A stretch of DNA of 51,397 nt, filler included, from Stramenopiles sp. TOSAG23-2 (Eukaryota): assembly GCA_900128395.1 (NCBI GenBank). It is 2 parts of 2 records of this genome, joined end to end, with 100 filler letters (N's around TTAATTAATTAA, not from the genome) between each part and the next. Parts side by side here need not be neighbours in the genome. Positions count along the whole stretch, not along the records: positions 1 to 25,673 come from LT649450.1; 1 more part is not named here. The stretch is one strand, 5' to 3'. Both the position numbers and the translations under genes were made by a program. Of this stretch, positions 11,169 through 23,203 are shown piece by piece. Numbering within the stretch: position 1 is the first letter of the stretch; each line of letters opens with the position of its first letter. The notes beneath the pieces are model-generated. The model saw only the letters and a program-made list of their open reading frames with translations. It ran no database searches and was not told the origin of the DNA.

Positions 11169-11447
11169 ATGGCATATAATCCACCAAATAGATATCCAAA
11201 TAATGTTGTAATTCCGGGGAATATGATAGATGCATCTGTGTTTAATACACTGAAAATTTTAAATATGATTGAAAAATCCGTGCTGCCACAACTCCCGAAT
11301 ACTTCTGCAAATCAAGCAATGATACCACAAGTTGGTACAGAAAATTTTTATAAATGGATGGATATCATTATGACGCAACCAAATGCAGATCCAAAATCAA
11401 AAGCTCGTAGGCGTGTGCATGTAATTACTAGACATCTTGTTTATTAG
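11169..11447 (+). CDS. Small hypothetical protein (92 aa), possibly a remnant
   Basis: ATG-initiated ORF with coding-like composition between AT-rich flanks. Confidence 0.5.
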   Translation: MAYNPPNRYPNNVVIPGNMIDASVFNTLKILNMIEKSVLPQLPNTSANQAMIPQVGTENFYKWMDIIMTQPNADPKSKARRRVHVITRHLVY

Positions 11448-11770
11448 TTCATCCTGAAAATTGTAAAACTATTTTTTCGCGATAATACGTCGAAAAACAA
11501 TAATATTTTTAAAAAAATGAAAAAAAATTATAATATGTAAAATATAATGTTTAATCTTTTATTATTTCAAGATTAAATTTTATTATACCCCCCCATATAT
11601 ATGTTGGACTCGCAATTTAAAAACAAATGTCGGTCCCATAAATTTTTGTCCACCATCAAACTTGTGTGTGTTTATCTCAAATATGAAATATGATATAATA
11701 CAACTTTTATTTTTGTTTGTTTGTTATGATATCATAGAAACATATATACACCATTACACACAACAGTATC

Positions 11771-12913
11771 CTACTTCTTATTGATAAAAATTGGAGCATC
11801 GATTTTATTATCAGCCGTATTTGCGTTCACGTTCAAAGTACTAGTTAACCCTAAGTTCGTACTACTAATTGTATTCGGAGTAAAAGGCATATTTGTTTTT
11901 GTCGTATTTAACGTTATCGTCGGTTTTTGGATTGGCTTTTGAGCAATAGTATTACTCCCGATGATGGTAGTGTTGTTAATCAACCCACTACTATTGCCAT
12001 TACTGATGCTACTAGTACTGATGTTTGTCGTAACAGGAGGAGCAGTATATGGTGTTGTTGTTGTAATTGGCATTGTTGGTTTCGTAAGACCATTTTTTGT
12101 TATGACACTGCTAATTGTGGGTTTACTTGGCATAATAATTGGTTTGCTTATACTTGGTTTAATAATATATTTCTGATTTTTAGTCAACAACATATTTTTC
12201 TTAGATGTACTATTATTGCTACTACCTGGAGTTATTTTTTTTTTCACCGGTTCTGGTTTATTTTTCATAAATTCTTCATCAATTTCGAAATCTTTTGGTA
12301 TAGTAGTCCGATCGAAATATCTTTGTGTTACAACGGCTTTAGATGGGATTTTCAATACTTGTCGACAATGCATTCGATCTTTCATCACTAATGTCCTAGT
12401 TAATGTAAATCGTTGCTTATTATCAATAGTCGTTTCCTCCACGATCCTTGGTGTATCTGATTTCCTTACTAAAATTTTAAATTCACGTCCACTTTTCCTT
12501 GTTTCCACATGTTCGGTTGCAAAACTATACGTGCAACTACGATTTGCCATTCTAGATTTACGACTTACAGTATATTTATCACCTTCTATTGTTATAACAT
12601 GATACGTTGCATATTGTTTCTCCGCTTTCATAGCTGCCTCGCATGCGATTTCTGTTACCCCCATGGTCTTTAAATATGCCTCTAGCGTCTCTGATTTATC
12701 CGTATCTAATTTCCAAGTACCATCAAAGTCTTGTACCGAGACTGCTTTTGCAGATTCTGGTAACTTGGCGGATTCTAATGCTAAAGATTGTCCACCAACG
12801 TATATACTAGCTGGTTTCCCCCAATATACTGGCGGCGCTCTTTTCCTATTATTATGTTTTGATTTTTTACTTTTAGAAGACTTTCCTTTCGGAGCTGAAC
12901 GTTTTGATGGCAT
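11771..12913 (-). CDS. FABP/lipocalin-like domain protein with basic N-terminus and Thr/Ser-rich tail
   Basis: FDGTWKL..KSETLEAYLKTMGV matches the FABP GxW...SENFxxYLKxxGV pattern; later TLTRTL and TQRYFDR strands. Confidence 0.7.
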   Translation of the reverse strand: MPSKRSAPKGKSSKSKKSKHNNRKRAPPVYWGKPASIYVGGQSLALESAKLPESAKAVSVQDFDGTWKLDTDKSETLEAYLKTMGVTEIACEAAMKAEKQYATYHVITIEGDKYTVSRKSRMANRSCTYSFATEHVETRKSGREFKILVRKSDTPRIVEETTIDNKQRFTLTRTLVMKDRMHCRQVLKIPSKAVVTQRYFDRTTIPKDFEIDEEFMKNKPEPVKKKITPGSSNNSTSKKNMLLTKNQKYIIKPSISKPIIMPSKPTISSVITKNGLTKPTMPITTTTPYTAPPVTTNISTSSISNGNSSGLINNTTIIGSNTIAQKPIQKPTITLNTTKTNMPFTPNTISSTNLGLTSTLNVNANTADNKIDAPIFINKK

Positions 12914-13629
12914 GTTTTCTTTTTTACTTTCAACACAAGAGCAAAAAAAAAAGAAGAAACTGATGAGAGATTAAAAATTTGTCTGGTCAATAATATAATT
13001 GAGATGAACTCCCTCTCTCTCTCTATTTTCCAATGTGATTGAAGATGTGATAATATATATAATATAATATATATATATACGCTATATTCTTCTAATTGTC
13101 TCACGTCACATATAATTTCCGTCCCCAATGTACTTCCTGTTGTTATGTTGACCTGATTAAATATCTATATATTGATGAAAACATAGATAAGTTCATAATG
13201 CTAATTTCATGTTAATTCATCATCTTCGTGGTAGTGGGTTTTCAACTTGATTCCTTCGTAATTCTCGTCCATCAATTTGTATTACCAAGCCTATATACCT
13301 ACTAAATATACACAATCAGGTGGAAAAAAAATAGCCAAGGCCATATATTTAGATTAGCTAGTATTGTGTACCTGCTAATTCCTAGCATACAAATAGCACG
13401 GGTTTTTGCTTCGCCTATCTTTTTGAAATTTAAGTATAACTTTATATAGTGTCTTATATCTTTACTGCTACCCTCTAGTATTATGCATCTTGATGAAGGA
13501 AATGAGCCACTTGCACTGATCATAAACAATATGCTTGTGAACCCATTATATGGAGGTGGTTCATCATGCAGTAGTTTATAAATTGAATTTCTATATTTTA
13601 ATTCTTGTTTGACCCACTCTTTTTGTGCT

Positions 13630-13770
13630 ACTTTCCTTTTGTATGCTTGTTACTGCTTGTAGCCCCCATCCTGCTCCTTTTGCAAAATTGGATGTTTCTT
13701 TTCTCAACTTGAGCTGTATTTGGCAATTCTTTGGCATGTTGCAGGAGAACCCGGTCTGTGAGCACCCGCT
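13630..13770 (-). pseudogene. Possible fragment of a pre-SET/SET domain N-terminus
   Basis: CSQTGFSC..KNCQIQLKLRKETS..AKGAGWGLQAVTSIQK resembles C.N..IQ...K.....GWG+.A...I.K, then similarity stops. Confidence 0.35.
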
Positions 13771-14489
13771 CCAAATCAACGGGCGCAGTAGAAAGTTTGT
13801 TGAGTAATTTCGACGAACAATGCGATCTATTGCATAGTACGTCAAATCCACACCATTTCGTGCAGCAATTATGTATTGGGGTCTAAAGTTGAGGATGTGA
13901 CTCATCTTTCAACCCTTTCTATATTTTACTTTGACTACCCCCTTTTTCCTCCAGCCTTTTTAATTTTTTGAAAAAGTACTTGCTGGATCGGGCTAGTGTT
14001 AAGACGGTTTTTACGTCCAGCTTCTCTTTTCGTCGGTTATTTGCCAAAGATTTGCCAAATACAAGTCATGTAACAATATAAGTATTACTTCTGAAAATGC
14101 CCTATACAAGGGACCTAATTATTGCAATTTTTCAATTCAATGCTAAATAATTGTTTCCATGCTTGGTTTTTCAACCATTTCTCGGTCAATGCATTTTTAC
14201 CTGTTAGTAGTCGTAGTTTCTCAATACCGTGCGTCTCCTGCGCATTGTCATCGAATATCATTGCTTTAACTGCAGAAATGTCTATTGTTTTGTCAATTAA
14301 GCGATTAATTTCTTTGTTTGCTTTGATGAGGCAATCTTGCTTTATATGCAAGTTGTGTCCTACATTGAAGGAAAATTTATTCAATGTACTACATGGAAAA
14401 GGCAACAGTCTTTTGGCAATAAGTATTGCAAGCAGGATTTTATGTATGAAACCAATACCTCATGATATCAGTGGTGGAATTCAACTGGT

Positions 14490-14890
14490 ATGGTGTATGG
14501 TGTGAAAAATAGAATGAATTTTACTTGTCTGGATTATCATGGTGCATTTGTGCATAGCAAAATGCCAGATAAATTTGATGTTTATATTAAAGCACCATAT
14601 GGAATCCAAGTAAATGAAAATAAAGTTGATAAACAGGAAGCTAAATCAAAAAGGAAAAGCTGTAAATTTTCATTGTGTGGATAGCATGCCATTATAAACG
14701 TTTATGTATCATGCCATAATAGTGTATTATCCCAATTTGATTCCAAAATTTTACAATGGTACTATAAAAGCAATTAATGATGAAACTGTTGTAGTTGCAT
14801 ACAATTTGACACACCAGGTTTTGTTCAATCAAAATATGATCCATGTTTGTTTATTTGGAAACAAGGAACTCAAAGGATATATGCTATTAC
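14490..14890 (+). mobile_element. Degenerate Ty1/copia reverse transcriptase fragments
   Basis: LDYHGAFVHSKMPDKFDVYIKAPYGI (~14520-14610) and, in another frame, GFVQSKYDPCLFIWKQG (from 14817) match the copia RT motifs DVxxAFL...+Y+xxPxG and GFxQSxxDPCLF. The expected LYGLKQ and YVDD are absent. Confidence 0.7.
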
Positions 14891-14982
14891 TATTACTATG
14901 CTTTTTTGACTGACAATGCTATCCCCCTTGTAAAACAAATTTTAGTGTTCTTGAAGAGGGTTTGCCACCAAGAAGGGTCTAG

Positions 14983-15166
14983 CGCCCAAATATGTGCACT
15001 AACTAAATAATACTGTTCACTATGGGAAATATATCTATATATTGTTTTCTAAAATGCCAATTTTATTTTTCATTTATTTGTAAAAAATAGTAAATATCCG
15101 AAAATATAGAAGAAATGATGAATATTTTCCCCATAGTGAATAGTCTTAAGTGCACATATTTGGGCG
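14983..15166. mobile_element. MITE-like element (~184 bp) with long terminal inverted repeats
   Basis: cgcccaaatatgtgcact (14983-15000) pairs perfectly with agtgcacatatttgggcg (15149-15166). Inner imperfect arms actgttcactatgggaaatat / atattttccccatagtgaatagt; AT-rich non-coding interior. Confidence 0.65.
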
Positions 15167-15514
15167 GTGCATAAGATGTAACAAATATTCTAATAATTAG
15201 AATAATATATAACAGTCGTCCAAAGACGGAGCCTCTGATAATTTGACATTTGATAGAAAGCATCGCCTAGTATTTAGTCTAGATATTTTTTGAATGGCAT
15301 GCGGCGAAATCAATTTCAAAAATCAAAAATAATCATCAAAAACCAGTGAAATCCAATGAATAAATACTTATATTGAAAATAGAATTATATACACAATCGT
15401 AGATATGATACATTACACACAAAACAAATAAAAACATTACATACATTTATCGCATATATATATAAGTGAAAGATTATACGTCATATATATATATATATAA
15501 ACAATTATATATAA

Positions 15515-16918
<1,404 letters not shown>

Positions 16919-17233
16919 AAACAGAGGAAAAGAGTCTTTTTATTGTTGTGTGTAATGTGTTGTACAAATACATGGGGTGTATAACGAAGTAGGAAAGTGT
17001 ATTTGTGTGAGTGTGGGTATTTATATATATTACACGCGTTGGTAATAATAGTGTTTCAAATCAGAGACACCACCAAAAACAATGTGTGTGTGTGCGAGGT
17101 GTTTTGAATGTTCGCGATGCGGGGGTATTAATTTTTAAATAAATTGTAAAATTATATATATATTTTATATATACTCGTATATAGTAATAATTAAAATGCA
17201 ATATTAACTTCTCTCTCTTTTTACCGAGTATAA

Positions 17234-17375
17234 TTTTTTTTAATTTACTCATATGATAAATTCCTACTCTCCAGAAAGAATACAATAACTGAGACAAATC
17301 TATCTCACTAAACTGAAAGATGGACAATGAATCGTAACATTGCGATAGAGTTCATTGAAATCCACAGAGTGTGCC
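17234..17375 (-). repeat. Dispersed A-tailed repeat, copy A
   Basis: tttttaatttactcatatgata..ttcctactctccagaaagaatacaataactg...gagttcattgaaatccacagagtgtgcc, shared with 29849-29950 and 38984-39092. Confidence 0.85.
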
Positions 17376-17619
17376 TCGTATTAAATGTATAATTATATAT
17401 ATATGTACCTATATAAATTGCGCTTTTTTAAATTAAATTTATACATCATATATCACATTTTACCAAAAAATTTGTTTTACACTCTTTTGGATTCAAGCAT
17501 CTAGCACACATGTCCTCGTATCTTTCTCTATCTCTCACCAATCTACAAAAGCTCTGTTAGATCTTAGGTTCATCTAATTCACCAAAAGGAACTCTTTTTG
17601 CCTTTTGCTCTTGAAACTA

Positions 17620-18117
17620 TCATACGACTTGTAATGTAACAATATTAACAAAGCCATAGTAATGACGCAAATTTCCATATTCGTAATCTTCGTCTTCAAT
17701 ATCCCATTCCCAAAATTTTAAGCCGTCAGATTCACTACCCTCTTTCATTTCATACGAGTAAAGTTGATCCTCAGCAATTTCTTCTTCTACTTCTGTCATT
17801 ATGCTTATTCTAGCCTTTAGCTCTTTAAACTTCCTTTCTGCAGCATCATTAGCCTTTTCAATAGTTCCATATGCTACACTAGACTTGCCTTCACAATTAT
17901 TACGAGCGACCTCTGAACGATATTCATCCTTCGCATTCGTAACCTCTGAACCATAACAATCTTCGAAGGCTTGGTCACCAAATTTATCAATAAATCCTTC
18001 GTGGCTCCATTCAATTAAGTATACTGCGGAAGGTACATTTTCATTCTCTTTACCATTTTTTAGTTTCTTTCTTACACTTTTTTCCTTCGTGCCTTGGGTT
18101 TTCCGTTTCCCAGGCAT
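17620..18117 (-). CDS. Hypothetical protein (basic N-terminus, acidic body)
   Basis: 165-aa ATG-initiated ORF; no family recognised. Confidence 0.65.
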   Translation of the reverse strand: MPGKRKTQGTKEKSVRKKLKNGKENENVPSAVYLIEWSHEGFIDKFGDQAFEDCYGSEVTNAKDEYRSEVARNNCEGKSSVAYGTIEKANDAAERKFKELKARISIMTEVEEEIAEDQLYSYEMKEGSESDGLKFWEWDIEDEDYEYGNLRHYYGFVNIVTLQVV

Positions 18118-18635
18118 GTTTTATTGTAGTGTAATGTTATTTCTCAGGTTGTTCCGAGTGGTATCTTAATCATCAAACCAAAAGACGCATTGAAAGGGAG
18201 ATATATGATACTACTGTAAATCCCATTAAGTGTATCTTAATCCTTATTAATCTACCCACATATATGATTTTTTCCAATGATGAGAAGTGCAATCCAGCAA
18301 TGCTGGAATGTCTTTACAGCATTAATACAGTAACTTTTTGCAGAGAGAAATTCTCTCTGCCTGGTCTGCTTTTTGACTTTTTTTTCTCGAAATTTAAATA
18401 TTATTGTTATAAGGTATTCTTATTATATAGGAAGCCAGGAAGGCGATTTCAGTACCCTTAAAAACGTACTATAAAATGTACTAAATTGGGAGATTATTTG
18501 ATGAAAACGTTACACATCGACATATTGATGAAAACACACATTTTAAAAGAATAAAACAATATATAGACGAGAACTAAGAATATAGATAGATAGATAGATA
18601 CCAACAACAACACCAACACCAACAAGAGAGCAACG

Positions 18636-18944
18636 ATGACACCCTCGTCCTCCTCCAAACAAAAAACAAAAATAGTCAAATCAACATTGCAAGCTAGAAG
18701 GCAAGATAATGAATTACATGTAGCAGAATTATTTCATTTAATAGATAAGGATGGATCTCAATCTATTGAAATACGAGAATTATTAAGTGCGTTAAAAAAA
18801 CCAGACGTATTAAAACGAATAAATGAATTTGAACCATTAAAATTTTTATTAAAAGGTGATGAAGTTGAAAAAACATTTAAAAAAATGGATAAAGGAGATG
18901 ATTCAGATGATGATTCAGGGGATGTTGAAAACGATGGATTAATC
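18636..18944 (+). CDS. EF-hand protein, 3'-truncated by a fusion junction
   Basis: LFHLIDKDGSQSIEIREL (EF-hand loop) and FKKMD...NDGLIT; the second hand runs straight into the antisense 7TM fragment at 18945. Confidence 0.75.
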
Positions 18945-19725
18945 ACTCTTCGCAAGTGCTCGTAGGTCATATATCAAAATGGCGGATAGAATACCACTGA
19001 TGGATGATAAGAGGGCAATGTTCGCACGGAAGAATGCGACTCTTACTGGGTTACACTCGTCTTCAGCGGAGATTTCGTTGCTCAAGCCATCCAAGAGAGC
19101 CTCTGCAGTCAACAGGATTTCTTTTCGCTCTGCATTCATTTCTACAGAAGCCAAAGCCAAATTTGTTGCCCTAGCCCGGCTTATTGCACTCAAGTGTCGT
19201 TTTGTAAACTCGTTAACAGTCCATGCAGCGACCACTTGTAATGACACAAAACTCACAAATATACATAAAATGACAATGCTTGAGATCTTGTCCCCTATTC
19301 TACCTTCTACAGTAATTCCATACTGCTCGGAAAAAACTGATTTTATCGCCCCAAAAACAATTATAGAAAAGGTTACAACCAAATACATTGAAAATCGTTT
19401 TTGCATACTTCTTGCAAAATTATTCCCGTGAAGAACTCGATAAATAGCTGAAAATGCTATTATATTTGAAGGATCAGTAAGGTCTAGTCTTGGAGGGGCA
19501 TCTTTTTTAGCCAATTCGCCACTATCCAAAATTTCTGCTTCAGCCAATTTGCCCCTATCCAAAATTTCCCCTCCAATCATGGCATACAAATATTCCTCAC
19601 GTTTCGTGGACAAGTATTGAAAATACGCAGGGCCCCATGCATACATAAAGATGAGCCATTGAAAGAAAGCACCAGGAAAAATTCCCGCCACAGCAAATGG
19701 CATCTCGATTGCAGTCGTCCCCCAA
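18945..19725 (-). pseudogene. Multi-pass membrane protein fragment, possibly gustatory-receptor-like 7TM ion channel; truncated at both ends
   Basis: Several hydrophobic helices ending NPVRVAFFRANIALLSSISGILSAILIY. The terminal LGLYDS* seen in the 35531 copy is missing, and there is no room for a full 5' end before the stop at 19793. Confidence 0.55.
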
Positions 19726-19792
19726 TAATTAAGTAATTTTTTTGGGGGATTTAAAATTTGGAAGGTATTTTTTATTTGTGTTTAAAATAATT

Positions 19793-20581
19793 TTACTCAA
19801 GACCCTGCAGATGCTCAATCACATCACTATTAAACTTATCAATATGATGGCCATATCCATTACGCTGTAATTTACGTTCACTTACCCAAGATGTAGTACC
19901 CTCTATTTTGTATTCATCTTGTTTTCCATTTTTACTTTTTCGTACATCTACAATCGTTGCTTCGTTTTCCAACTTTTCTATTTCATATTTTACTTTCTTT
20001 CTAACTTTTATCTTGATATTATGCATATTTAGTTTATGATCATATAAATTTGTTATAGTTTCATATCCAGTTTTACAAATTGTACAATTAAATTTTCGTA
20101 ATTTTTTTTTTCCAGTGCATATAACCTGATGTCTTTCTCTATATTTTTTTTTAAGAAATATTTCCTCACACCCCTTTTTACAAACATGGAACTTTACACC
20201 AGCAGCAAACAGGCCAACAAAGTCTTGGTGTGCTTTGGCTTTATGATATAACATATTTTGTTTTGCAGAATAGCGTCCTGAGCTGCTGCCAAATATTTTT
20301 CCACATATATCACACTGCTCTTCATATTTATATGATATTCTTTCCTCATGTGTGTGTATTTTGTGTTTCCTCCTTTGATGATATTTTAATTTATTAGAAC
20401 AATCAAAAACTTTCCTATTACAATTACCTTCATTACATTCATGGTATTCTTTACCATCAAATATCCCATGTTTATTTGCCAAGTGTATGCGCATATTCTG
20501 TTTAATACTATGTTTATTAAAGCTTGTATATGTTTTATCACATTGCAGGTGCTTGCATGTTTTTGTGTAGAGTTTTGGCAT
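19793..20581 (-). CDS. C2H2 zinc-finger protein with C-terminal chromodomain-like segment
   Basis: About five Cx2-4C...Hx3-4H/C units, then IVDVRKSKNGKQDEYKIEGTTSWVSERKL...IDKF. Confidence 0.8.
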   Translation of the reverse strand: MPKLYTKTCKHLQCDKTYTSFNKHSIKQNMRIHLANKHGIFDGKEYHECNEGNCNRKVFDCSNKLKYHQRRKHKIHTHEERISYKYEEQCDICGKIFGSSSGRYSAKQNMLYHKAKAHQDFVGLFAAGVKFHVCKKGCEEIFLKKKYRERHQVICTGKKKLRKFNCTICKTGYETITNLYDHKLNMHNIKIKVRKKVKYEIEKLENEATIVDVRKSKNGKQDEYKIEGTTSWVSERKLQRNGYGHHIDKFNSDVIEHLQGLE

Positions 20582-21234
20582 TACTATACAAATATTAGAA
20601 TGGAAATGCTAATAAATGTACAAAAAAAAAATTAAAAATTATATTTGAGATAATATGATGAAATATGATTAGACAATATGATGACAAGCAGACTAAAATG
20701 TATTTATAATGTCTCTTTTAACACTATAATATAAACCAAATCTCACACACACTATATATGTAATATCTTCCGTGAGGTTGGGATATTCATAAATATATAT
20801 ATATATCACTCTCAACAATGAAATAAAAATCATTCGAGAAGAAAAATAAAAAAAAAAAGCGAAAAAAAAGTTGCGTGTTGTTATTGTTGCGAAACAAAAA
20901 GAAGCACCAAAAAGAACGAGGTTTCCCATTCTGTGTAGTGTTATTTTTAATTATTAAAATAAGCCTACACAGCATTAGTATTAGCATTGGCCATCCACTA
21001 CCATGATTTATTTTGACTCTTAAATCAGTTTTTTGATCGATGTGATGCGAGCTCCACGTTGCATCTATAGCAACAAAAATAAAAATGGAAGGAAAAGTTT
21101 CCCTATGTGATATATGCATATAATATCAATTTCAAATTAATTACAAAAAAAATCAAAATTAAAAAATAAATAAATATATATCTATAATATAAAGTAAAGA
21201 AAGGAAAACGAAACACTAAGAAAAACCTTTCACC

Positions 21235-22509
21235 ATGGCAAGTTTCAATAACAACAACAATAACAATAGGAAAAAACAATCTCGACCACCTGGTGGTATA
21301 CGTGCACGTCTTGGAAAACCATTTGCACAAAGAGGAAACGATGATTCAAATAGTGTTCAACAACGTTCGTTAGATACTATTTATAAACAAGCGTTATCAT
21401 CTGGCAAATTAAATATGTCAAATAGGAATATGACAAACGCACCATTGCAAGAGTTCTTAGATGTCGCATCGTCTGGTATTGAAGGAGTAAACTTTTGGGA
21501 AGTTATTGATTTGAAACATATTGATTTATCACATAATAATATTGAACATATAATCCCTGAAGGTGTTTTGAAAAATTTCCGTAGTCTTGAAACTTTGAAT
21601 GTGCAAAATAATTTATTTACTATGCAAAGTTTTCCCTTCGACTCGTTATTGAGTTTAGAATGTTTGCGATCTTTAAACGTATCCAATACAAGATTACAAG
21701 GCCCGTTGCCCCCATCATTAGGATATTGTGTAAATTTAGTGGAAATCATAGCATCACAAAATCAAATTACAAATATTGATTGTATTTCATCAATGACAGA
21801 ATTGCTTATTTTAAATTTTTCCAATAATTTGATTGTGACACTCGGAAACTTGCCAAAGAAATTAATGCGTGTAGATTTATCTAATAATAAATTAAATGAA
21901 ATGTCTGGCAGTTTTAGCACGTTGATACATTTAGAAAATCTTGATTTGTCTAATAATAAAATTTCAACAATAAATTGTTCATTAAAAGAAATTCGACCAT
22001 TACGTACATTGAACCTAAGAAGGAATCAATTGACTGAAATTCCAATCCTCCCCTCAAATGGTGTATTAGATACCCTATTATTTGGTTCCAATCAATTAAA
22101 AGAACTTAACTCTCGTTGTATATCAGGTAGTGTAAATACGCTAAATATATTAGATTTAAGTGGCAATAAACTTCGAGGATTACCACATGATTTAGGAATG
22201 TTAGGCAATTTAAAGACGTTAGATTTAACCAACAATGATTTAACTGGTTTACCATCATCTATTGGTTGGATTCGTAGTTTGGATAGATTATTGTTGGATG
22301 GAAATGCTATACGTAGTATAAGAAGAAATATATTAGCAAGTGGTGCTGAAGGTATTAAAAAATATTTAAGATCACGAGGTCCGAAACATGAAAGTTTAAG
22401 AATGGAATTAGCTCAAGTTGATAATAATGAAGTTGTTGATGTAAATAGACAGCGACAACATTTAGGTGAAAGAAAAATAGTTAAATCCTTTGATCGTATG
22501 TTTGACTAG
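21235..22509 (+). CDS. Leucine-rich repeat protein (LRRC40-like N-terminal half)
   Basis: Many LxxLxLxxN repeats; SGKLNMSNR..FWEVIDLKHIDLSHN and LDGNAIRSIRRNIL..G...IKKYLRSR recall LRRC40. Confidence 0.88.
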   Translation: MASFNNNNNNNRKKQSRPPGGIRARLGKPFAQRGNDDSNSVQQRSLDTIYKQALSSGKLNMSNRNMTNAPLQEFLDVASSGIEGVNFWEVIDLKHIDLSHNNIEHIIPEGVLKNFRSLETLNVQNNLFTMQSFPFDSLLSLECLRSLNVSNTRLQGPLPPSLGYCVNLVEIIASQNQITNIDCISSMTELLILNFSNNLIVTLGNLPKKLMRVDLSNNKLNEMSGSFSTLIHLENLDLSNNKISTINCSLKEIRPLRTLNLRRNQLTEIPILPSNGVLDTLLFGSNQLKELNSRCISGSVNTLNILDLSGNKLRGLPHDLGMLGNLKTLDLTNNDLTGLPSSIGWIRSLDRLLLDGNAIRSIRRNILASGAEGIKKYLRSRGPKHESLRMELAQVDNNEVVDVNRQRQHLGERKIVKSFDRMFD

Positions 22510-22620
22510 GAGGGAGAAGTTGATGATAATGAAGTTGTTGATGTAAATAGACAGCGACAACGTTTAGGTGAAAGTATAATTAGTTAAATCCTTTGATCGT
22601 ATGTTTGACTAAGGAGGGAG
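22415..22620 (+). repeat. Imperfect tandem duplication (~102 and ~104 bp) of the LRR gene 3' end
   Basis: 22415-22516 and 22517-22620 align with a few substitutions and indels. Confidence 0.9.
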
Positions 22621-23203
22621 AGGGAGAGAGATGTTCGTGTGTGTGCGGTGTAATTTTCTAAAATCAAGGAGTACGTAGTTGAATTTAAAGTATTACGTCG
22701 TAAATTTTATTTCTAAAAATAATAAAAAATAAAAAAAGTAAAACACCCACAGAGTATACCCTAAAATTCAAGTCTCATCAAATTAAATATGCATACAGTA
22801 TTATATTATATTTATTTATATAAAAAATAATAAAAATACTCAAATTGTTAATTTTAAAAACGTATACTATCTCTCATAGCTGATTTAGAACTTTTGGTAC
22901 TCTCTCCGCAGTGTTCTCTTTTTTATCTTGAAAAAAACGTAGAAAATGGCATTGTGCATGTATATCATGTTACACGCACCCTTTTAAACTTTCCTACTAA
23001 TTAAATATTATTTGCTACGGTTAAGTACAGTACACACCTCATATATATTTATATAATCGGACATCTATATATATATTCAACATTTTAAAAATGTAAAATA
23101 TATGCATATATATGTGTGTACAAATTCATACCATTAATAAATGTGATTAGACGTAGACGAAACGACAAAACACACATAATGTTTTTGTGCCACAACATTT
23201 TAT

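Noticed and set aside
17320-17365. ATGA...AA...GA hairpin as a possible SECIS element
   Set aside because: Stem spacing does not fit, no adjacent gene has a credible in-frame Sec TGA, and it is part of the dispersed repeat.
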